This document shows positions 57,987 through 64,000 of a stretch of 64,000 bases of DNA, piece by piece. Within the stretch, counting starts at the first letter, position 1; each line of letters opens with the position of its first letter. The stretch covers positions 832,001 through 896,000 of the forward strand of contig CAWBZI010000001.1 of assembly GCA_963793265.1 (NCBI GenBank), given 5' to 3'. Position numbers and translations under genes: made by a program. Source of the stretch: an uncultured cyanobacterium (lineage in GTDB: Bacteria; Cyanobacteriota; Cyanobacteriia; Phormidesmidales; Phormidesmidaceae). The notes below the pieces were generated by a model that worked only from the letters and a program-made list of their open reading frames with translations, ran no database searches and had not been told where the DNA came from.

Positions 57987-59204
57987 ATGCATATCACTAT
58001 TATTTTTGGCCACATTGGCAACTACCACATTGCAAGACTGCGGGCCGCTAGCCGCTTTTGCAAAGAGAATGGCTGGCAGCTCACGGCGGTTCAATCGACT
58101 GACCAAACAAAAGAGCATCCCTGGGGCGATCTGTTAGAGATAAAGGAGTTTTCTTTGAAGACGCTGGTACCGGCAAAGTCTAGTGATGAACCGGGTACGC
58201 ATCCCGACTCGCCAGAAGCCGTTGCGGCTTTGCTGCCCTGTTTGGAAGAGATTAAACCCGATGTATTAGTGATTCCGGGCTGGGGCTTTCCCGTGTCGCG
58301 GGCGGCGCTGCGCTGGTGCAAGCAGCATGATGTGCCTGCTATTTTGATGAGCGAGAGCAAGCGGGATGATGAGAAGAGGAGCTGGTGGAAGGAAAAGCTG
58401 AAGTCATTACTGTATGTTCGGCAGTATGCGACGGCGCTGGTAGGGGGGCCTGCTCATCGTGACTATTTGGTGGAGTTGGGGGTGCCGAGCGATCGCATAT
58501 TTTATGGCTACGATGCCGTTGATAATGATTACTTTGCTAGGAAGAGTGCGATCGCTAAACAGAATCCTCAAAAAGTTCGCAAACAGGAGTCTAAGATTCC
58601 AACCAAACCCTTCTTTTTAGCCGTCACCCGATTAATTCCTCGTAAAAATGTAGCTCGCTTAATTGGAGCGTTTGCAGCCTATCGTGAGCAAGTAGGCGAT
58701 CAGAATGCTTGGGATTTAGTGATTTGTGGTAGTGGTAGCGAAAAGGATAACGTTCAGCAGTTGATCGCTGAAAGAGGCTTACGTGAGGCAGTTCACCTAC
58801 CTGGATTTTTGACCTATGAGCAGATCGCGAACTGGTATGGCCTAGCGGGCGCTTTTGTTCATCCAGCGTTTGCTGAACAGTGGGGCCTAGTCATTAATGA
58901 AGCCTGCGCGGCTGGGTTACCTATTTTGTGCAGTGATACGGTTGGAGCCTGTAGCAGCCTCGTGAAAGACGGGAGGAATGGATTTTCTTTTGACCCACAG
59001 CAAACGGCTGAGATAGCTCAAGCGCTGGTGAGTATTCATGAGATGAGTGAGGGTGATCGCATCCAAATGGGACAAATCAGCCAAAAACTCGTAGCACAAT
59101 TCAGCTCTGATCAGTTCGGTGAGGGCTTATTTAACGCGATTAATACAGCGCTAGCAACACGCTCTAAAGGTCAGGCCAAAAAACAGCTAGCTAGCAAAAA
59201 ATAG
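57987..59204 (+). CDS. Glycosyltransferase family 4
   Basis: YHIARL, AVDNDYF, RLIPRKN, EQWGLVINEA. Confidence 0.92.
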   Translation: MHITIIFGHIGNYHIARLRAASRFCKENGWQLTAVQSTDQTKEHPWGDLLEIKEFSLKTLVPAKSSDEPGTHPDSPEAVAALLPCLEEIKPDVLVIPGWGFPVSRAALRWCKQHDVPAILMSESKRDDEKRSWWKEKLKSLLYVRQYATALVGGPAHRDYLVELGVPSDRIFYGYDAVDNDYFARKSAIAKQNPQKVRKQESKIPTKPFFLAVTRLIPRKNVARLIGAFAAYREQVGDQNAWDLVICGSGSEKDNVQQLIAERGLREAVHLPGFLTYEQIANWYGLAGAFVHPAFAEQWGLVINEACAAGLPILCSDTVGACSSLVKDGRNGFSFDPQQTAEIAQALVSIHEMSEGDRIQMGQISQKLVAQFSSDQFGEGLFNAINTALATRSKGQAKKQLASKK

Positions 59205-59301
59205 ACGAGCCATATCGGCAAACAAAAAACATCTCAATAAAGGTACATTTGCCAAAGCCTAGGATTCTGTTATTGATACAGCAGATGTCAATAACAGGGC
59301 T

Positions 59302-60741
59302 ATGGTTTCTACGGCGCTTACATTTGTTGCTTTTGTAATACTATTCACGGTCGTTGGGCTTTATTCAGCCACCCAAAAACAAGACACAACGGCTGATTAT
59401 TTACTAGCAGGTAGGACGGTGAATCCGTGGCTAGTCGCTTTATCAGCGCTATCTACCGGACAAAGCGGTTTTTTGTTCACTGCTCAGGTCGGCTACGCCT
59501 ACACCCAAGGCATTTCATCAATTTGGTTGGCGATTGGCTGGGCGATTGGAGACTATTTGTCCTGGCTGCTGGTATTTAAGCAGTTGCGAGAGACTTCTGA
59601 GGCGTCTAATTCGGAGACGGTGCCAAACTTTTTGGCGCAGCGTCAGCCGGGACACCGATGGATTTCTGCGGTGTCGGCGCTGATCACAATTTTCTTTTTA
59701 GGCGCTTATGCAGCGGCGCAACTGTTGGCAGGGAGTAAAGCACTGACCAGTATTTTCGGCTGGAATTACACCTGGGGCATTATTATTGGCGCGGTAATCG
59801 TGGTCGCTTACTGCTTCTCGGGCGGCATTCGCGCTTCGATTTGGACAGACGCGGTGCAGACAGTTGTCATGATTGGGGCTTTGCTACTGCTGCTGGTAGT
59901 TGTGATTGATGCGGGATCTGGCGTCGGCAATATTTTTGCTGAGCTAGATAACGCGGACGAGGGACTGGTTGCTTTATTTCCGGCTGACTTGGGATGGGGC
60001 TTTTTCCCATTCTTTATCGGCTGGCTAGTAGCAGGATTTGGGGCAGTCGGACAGCCGCATATTCTAGTGCGCGCGATGGCGATTGATTCTGCTGACAATA
60101 TGGGTAAAGCCAGAGACATTAGGACAGTTTGTGGCCTAGTAACGGCTTTTGCAGCAATCTTTATTGGCTTAGCGGGCCGAGTTTTAGCGCCTGAGCTAGC
60201 CGACCCTGAGCTGGCTTTACTGACGCTATCCGGCGATTTGTTACCGGGGGTTTTAGTCGGCGTAATGCTGGCAGGGTTGTTCGCAGCGACTATCTCAACG
60301 GCAGATTCACAAATTCTCTCTTGTTCGGCGGCGCTTACTCAGGATTTGTTTCCTGGCATGGCTAAATCTTACCGGCTGGCAAAAGTAGGGACTTTGGTGG
60401 TGACGGCGATTGTGTTAGCGATCGCACTAGCAAACAACGACAGCGTGTTCAGCCTAATCACCTTCGCCTGGTCGATCTTAGCCTCAGGGCTAGGGGTGCT
60501 GTTAGTGCTAAGAGCCTGGCAAAAGCCGGTGCCTACAGTGACAGCAATTTTGATGATGGTAGTTGGCGTTGCTGTGGCCATTAGGTGGAGACAGATTGGG
60601 CTATCTGGGAATATGTACGAGGTACTACCCGGTATGGCTGCTGGTCTGTTGGTATATCTTATTTCTCTTCTAGTGCTGCGGATGATAGGACAGAAGCCAA
60701 CCTCGACAGAGACAAAACAAAAGGTCGGTGAGCCAAATTAA
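59302..60741 (+). CDS. putP: Sodium/proline (SSS family) symporter
   Basis: DYLLAGR, GGIRASIWTD.VQ, GQPHILVR, AATISTADSQ. Confidence 0.88.
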   Translation: MVSTALTFVAFVILFTVVGLYSATQKQDTTADYLLAGRTVNPWLVALSALSTGQSGFLFTAQVGYAYTQGISSIWLAIGWAIGDYLSWLLVFKQLRETSEASNSETVPNFLAQRQPGHRWISAVSALITIFFLGAYAAAQLLAGSKALTSIFGWNYTWGIIIGAVIVVAYCFSGGIRASIWTDAVQTVVMIGALLLLLVVVIDAGSGVGNIFAELDNADEGLVALFPADLGWGFFPFFIGWLVAGFGAVGQPHILVRAMAIDSADNMGKARDIRTVCGLVTAFAAIFIGLAGRVLAPELADPELALLTLSGDLLPGVLVGVMLAGLFAATISTADSQILSCSAALTQDLFPGMAKSYRLAKVGTLVVTAIVLAIALANNDSVFSLITFAWSILASGLGVLLVLRAWQKPVPTVTAILMMVVGVAVAIRWRQIGLSGNMYEVLPGMAAGLLVYLISLLVLRMIGQKPTSTETKQKVGEPN

Positions 60742-60806
60742 CGTTGCTTACGATGATCTTGAACACGATGGATGATGCCATCAAACTAAATTAGTTCACT
60801 TAAGAC

Positions 60807-62246
60807 TCAACCCTTTTGTTCTTTGTATCGAGCCTTAAACTCGGCCTGCCTTTGCTTATGCTCGACAATGCGTGTAGGGTATCCAGTGCCCTCTAAAGCC
60901 TGCTCGGGGATATTGCCAGTAATTAATACGCCAGTATCAAGGTGGCGAATTTCAGGAATCCATTCGCGAATATATTCAGCGTCAGGGTCGTACTTTTTTG
61001 CCTGACTGGCCGGATTAAAAATGCGTAGAGGCTTTGGATCCATCCCGCTAGAGGCGCTCCACTGCCAGCCGCCATTGTTGGCCGAAAGATCGCCGTCGTA
61101 CAGCTTTTGCAGAAAATACTTTTCGCCCCACTGCCAATCGATAATCAAGTCTTTGGTTAAAAAGCTGGCGACGATCATGCGGCAGCGGTTGTGCATCCAG
61201 CCCGTTGTATTAAGCTGGCGCATGGCCGCATCGACAATAGGATAGCCGGTTTTGCCTTCGCACCAGGCTTGAAAGTGGTCTTCGTTGTTGTCCCAAGGAA
61301 AGTTTTTGAAGTGATCGCGGTAGGGGCCGTCGGCTAGCTGAGGAAAGAAGTACATAACGCCCTGATAAAATTCGCGCCAGGCGAGTTCTTGCTGCCAGGT
61401 GCGAATGTTGCTATGCGTTTCTTCACTGCGGGCGCGGCTGTAGGCTTCGTCGGCAGCTTGCCAAACGGTACGAATGCCGATGGTGCCAAACTTCAGCGCA
61501 GCGCTGAGAGTAGAAGTACCGGGGATGGCGGGAAAGTCGCGCTGTTCGTCGTATTCAGCGATCGCCCTTTGGTCGTCACAAAATTCTTCTAGCTTTTCTA
61601 AAGCCGCCGCCTCTCCAGGTGCCAGCAACAGCTCATTTTCCCACTCGTAGCCCAGCTCAGCAGCAGTAGGCAATTCAATATTACCCGCCTTATTCGCGGC
61701 TGCTTTTTCGTGAGTGCTCAAGCCTTTGGCCTCAGAGAAATTGCCTACGGGCCCGTGCTTTTCATGCTGGATCCAGTTGCGCCAGAAGGGGCTATACACT
61801 TTGTAAGGGTCGCCACTGCCTGTTTTGATCGTGTGTGGATCGTGCATAAGCTGATCCCAAAACTTAGTGTGCATCTCAATCCCTTTGTCTTTAAGGGCGT
61901 GAGCTACATCGCTATCGCGCTGACGAGAATAGGGTTCTACATCACGGTTCCAATACACTGCGGTCGCTTCGAGTGCGCTGGCAAGTTTAGGAATAGCTTC
62001 TTCGGGATTGCCCTTGAGAATAAGCAGTTCGCTGCCTGCGGATTTGTAGCTTTCCTGTAGGGCTTCGAGCGAGCCAATCATGTAAGTGACGCGGGCTGAC
62101 GCGATGTCGTCGCCGTCTAGGATGCCAGGATCTAAGCAAAAAACGCCGATGACTTTTGGCGTGCGATCGCGCGCAGCCATCAGCCCTAAGTTATCTCGAA
62201 TTCGTAAATCCCGACGATGCCAAAACAGCACCAACTCATCAGCCAT
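60807..62246 (-). CDS. phr: Class I CPD DNA photolyase
   Basis: [71 protein letters not shown]. Confidence 0.96.
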   Translation of the reverse strand: MADELVLFWHRRDLRIRDNLGLMAARDRTPKVIGVFCLDPGILDGDDIASARVTYMIGSLEALQESYKSAGSELLILKGNPEEAIPKLASALEATAVYWNRDVEPYSRQRDSDVAHALKDKGIEMHTKFWDQLMHDPHTIKTGSGDPYKVYSPFWRNWIQHEKHGPVGNFSEAKGLSTHEKAAANKAGNIELPTAAELGYEWENELLLAPGEAAALEKLEEFCDDQRAIAEYDEQRDFPAIPGTSTLSAALKFGTIGIRTVWQAADEAYSRARSEETHSNIRTWQQELAWREFYQGVMYFFPQLADGPYRDHFKNFPWDNNEDHFQAWCEGKTGYPIVDAAMRQLNTTGWMHNRCRMIVASFLTKDLIIDWQWGEKYFLQKLYDGDLSANNGGWQWSASSGMDPKPLRIFNPASQAKKYDPDAEYIREWIPEIRHLDTGVLITGNIPEQALEGTGYPTRIVEHKQRQAEFKARYKEQKG

Positions 62247-62333
62247 AGCCCAACTTTTCTTGACACATACGGGCCTTAGTATAACGAGTTGGGCTACAGC
62301 TACGCTCAGCCTGCGGTAGTAGGCAAGTCGGGG

Positions 62334-62879
62334 CTACAAATAAGCCTTCGCCATATAAAAGGCCGCAATCGTTTTCGCATCGATGGGTGTGCCGGTCAAG
62401 ATGGCCTGCTCTAGCTCATCGTCGCTCATCAGTACCACTTCAATATCCTCATCTTCGTCTAGCTCAAGTGCTTCATCTAAAGGCTTCAAGTCAGTTGCTA
62501 AATAAGCGTAAATGATCTCGTCAGAATAGCCAGGCGCGTTAGGAAACTCGCCCAATGTTTTCCAAGTTGCGGCCTCGTAGCCAGTTTCTTCTTGAATCTC
62601 TCGCTGAATTGTCCCTAGCGGATCTTCGCCTTTTTCAACCGTGCCCGCTGGGAACTCTAGCAGCCGTCCTTGCATCGCAAATCGATACTGACGAACCAGC
62701 ACAAACTTTCCGTCCGCGGTGACCGGAACCGCCATTGCGCCGCCCGGATGACGAATGCATTCCCAGTCGCCAATCGCACCGTTTGGCAGCTTGATACGAT
62801 TGACATCGAAATTGAACTTGCGGCCTGCGTAAAAGAGTTTTTGCTTAAGCAGTTCGGACGGTTCTTGGCCTAAAGTCAT
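62334..62879 (-). CDS. Nudix hydrolase (ADP-ribose pyrophosphatase-like)
   Basis: RHPGG, VRQYRF, EFPAGT...REIQEETGY, APGYSDE, DEDEDIEV, DAKT. Confidence 0.92.
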   Translation of the reverse strand: MTLGQEPSELLKQKLFYAGRKFNFDVNRIKLPNGAIGDWECIRHPGGAMAVPVTADGKFVLVRQYRFAMQGRLLEFPAGTVEKGEDPLGTIQREIQEETGYEAATWKTLGEFPNAPGYSDEIIYAYLATDLKPLDEALELDEDEDIEVVLMSDDELEQAILTGTPIDAKTIAAFYMAKAYL

Positions 62880-62906
62880 GAGCGCATAGGAGGTAGGTGT
62901 TGAGTT

Positions 62907-63479
62907 TCACACTACCGTTGATTCGCGTGATGATAAACGCTCTACGCCGTCAAGTTCTGAGCTACCGAGTTCTATGCCATCAATGGGCGCTTTAGCGAGC
63001 AGCCCTAGTAGCTGAGCGATGGTTTTGTCGAAAATAGGGTGGGGCCAGTCGGGGGCAATTTCGACTAGCGGCACTAGCACAAAAGCCCTTTCGTGCAGGC
63101 GGGGATGAGGCACTGTGAGCCCCGGCGCATCAATAATTTGATTGCCAAATAGCAAGATATCAAGATCGAGTGACCTTGCACCCCATCGTTCCTGACGCAC
63201 ACGGCCAAATTGATTTTCGATCTTGAGCAGTTGATTGAGCAGGGCTCTGGGCGCAAGCGTGGTTTCGATTAGAATGCAGGCGTTGAGGTAGTCGGGCTGG
63301 GGCGGGCCGATAGGGGCAGTTTTGTAGAGGGGCGATCGCGCCAATACCGAAATCTCATTCTGGTTATCGATCGCCCGTACGGCCTCAGCTAAAATCCGCC
63401 TGGAGTCACCTAAGTTTCCGCCTAGTGCGATCGCACATTTGACGCGATCGCCCCGCATCGAATTTTTCAACTGCCCCAT
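62907..63479 (-). CDS. folK: 2-amino-4-hydroxy-6-hydroxymethyldihydropteridine diphosphokinase
   Basis: IALGGNLGD, QPDYLNA, IE...GRVR..RWGARSLDLDIL, VPHPR..ERAFVLVPL. Confidence 0.96.
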   Translation of the reverse strand: MGQLKNSMRGDRVKCAIALGGNLGDSRRILAEAVRAIDNQNEISVLARSPLYKTAPIGPPQPDYLNACILIETTLAPRALLNQLLKIENQFGRVRQERWGARSLDLDILLFGNQIIDAPGLTVPHPRLHERAFVLVPLVEIAPDWPHPIFDKTIAQLLGLLAKAPIDGIELGSSELDGVERLSSRESTVV

Positions 63480-63511
63480 CAGGCACTTCTCCTTCGACGG
63501 TGTTCCTATCG

Positions 63512-63850
63512 CTAAGCTTTAGCAAGTGCACCGCGCACCCGGCCCGTTAGCTGCTCAGCCGTCAGCACGCCTTCAATACGATCAACCGGCTGGCCTTGAT
63601 TGAACAAAACCAGCGTAGGCAGTGCGTGAATGCTATGCGCAGAGGCAATTTGAGGATATTTCTCAGTGTCAATTTTGACGATTTTAACTTCGCCCTTCAT
63701 CTCAGAGCCTACCTGCACCAAAATCTTAGACATCATTTGGCAGGGACCGCACCAATCAGCATAAAAATCAACCAACACGGGCTCATCAGAGCCATCAATC
63801 ATCTCATCAAAACTGTTGAACTGCTGTTTGACTGCCATAGACGTACTCAT
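63512..63850 (-). CDS. trxA: Thioredoxin
   Basis: VLVDFYADWCGPC...ALPTLVLF. Confidence 0.95.
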   Translation of the reverse strand: MSTSMAVKQQFNSFDEMIDGSDEPVLVDFYADWCGPCQMMSKILVQVGSEMKGEVKIVKIDTEKYPQIASAHSIHALPTLVLFNQGQPVDRIEGVLTAEQLTGRVRGALAKA

Positions 63851-64000
63851 AAAGATAGAAAAACGACCTCTACATGCTAATGGTCTAACCTATCTGCGTA
63901 CAAATTCCTACTGAATACTTTAGGGATCTTAATCTAGTGATGGAAGCTAGCTTCTAGTGTCCGGTTCGCGGCGTAGATAATTGCTCGCTCACCCCACGAA

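Noticed and set aside
36412..59300. Integrative element or prophage at tRNA-Gly
   Set aside because: No integrase, phage genes or repeated tRNA 3' end were found in the window.
59255..59301. A known Na+ or other riboswitch upstream of putP
   Set aside because: I could not match a known riboswitch consensus by eye, so it is reported only as an inverted repeat.
1..64000. CRISPR array or long repeat family
   Set aside because: No regularly spaced repeats were seen; the recurrent GCGATCGC is HIP1.

Overview
This is a chromosomal window from a cyanobacterium: it has abundant HIP1 octamers (GCGATCGC), psbV, a cyaC-type adenylate cyclase and a PucC/BCD transporter. Bases 1-36.4 kb and 59.3-64 kb are mostly conserved housekeeping genes: ftsH, two clpS, trm1, bioB, hsp20, map, a radical SAM fusion, psbV, accD, pilD, leuB, hisC, cyaC, putP, photolyase, folK and thioredoxin. 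A single Rpn/DUF4351 nuclease gene carries what looks like an internal, Shine-Dalgarno-led small ORF. Directly after tRNA-Gly(TCC) lies a ~22.7 kb surface-glycan locus (36500-59204). It has wza and wzc on the minus strand. On the plus strand it has a PTPA-CTERM sorted protein, an HpsJ-like protein, a cyanobacterial exosortase, an MsbA/HepA-type ABC transporter, nine glycosyltransferases, two different sulfotransferases, an O-acetyltransferase and a Wzy/WaaL-like membrane protein. This locus is the best candidate for an undescribed system: exosortase-coupled assembly of a sulfated glycan, with no Wzx flippase, no priming transferase and a degenerate Wzc kinase. All calls come from reading motifs by eye; no database searches were run.
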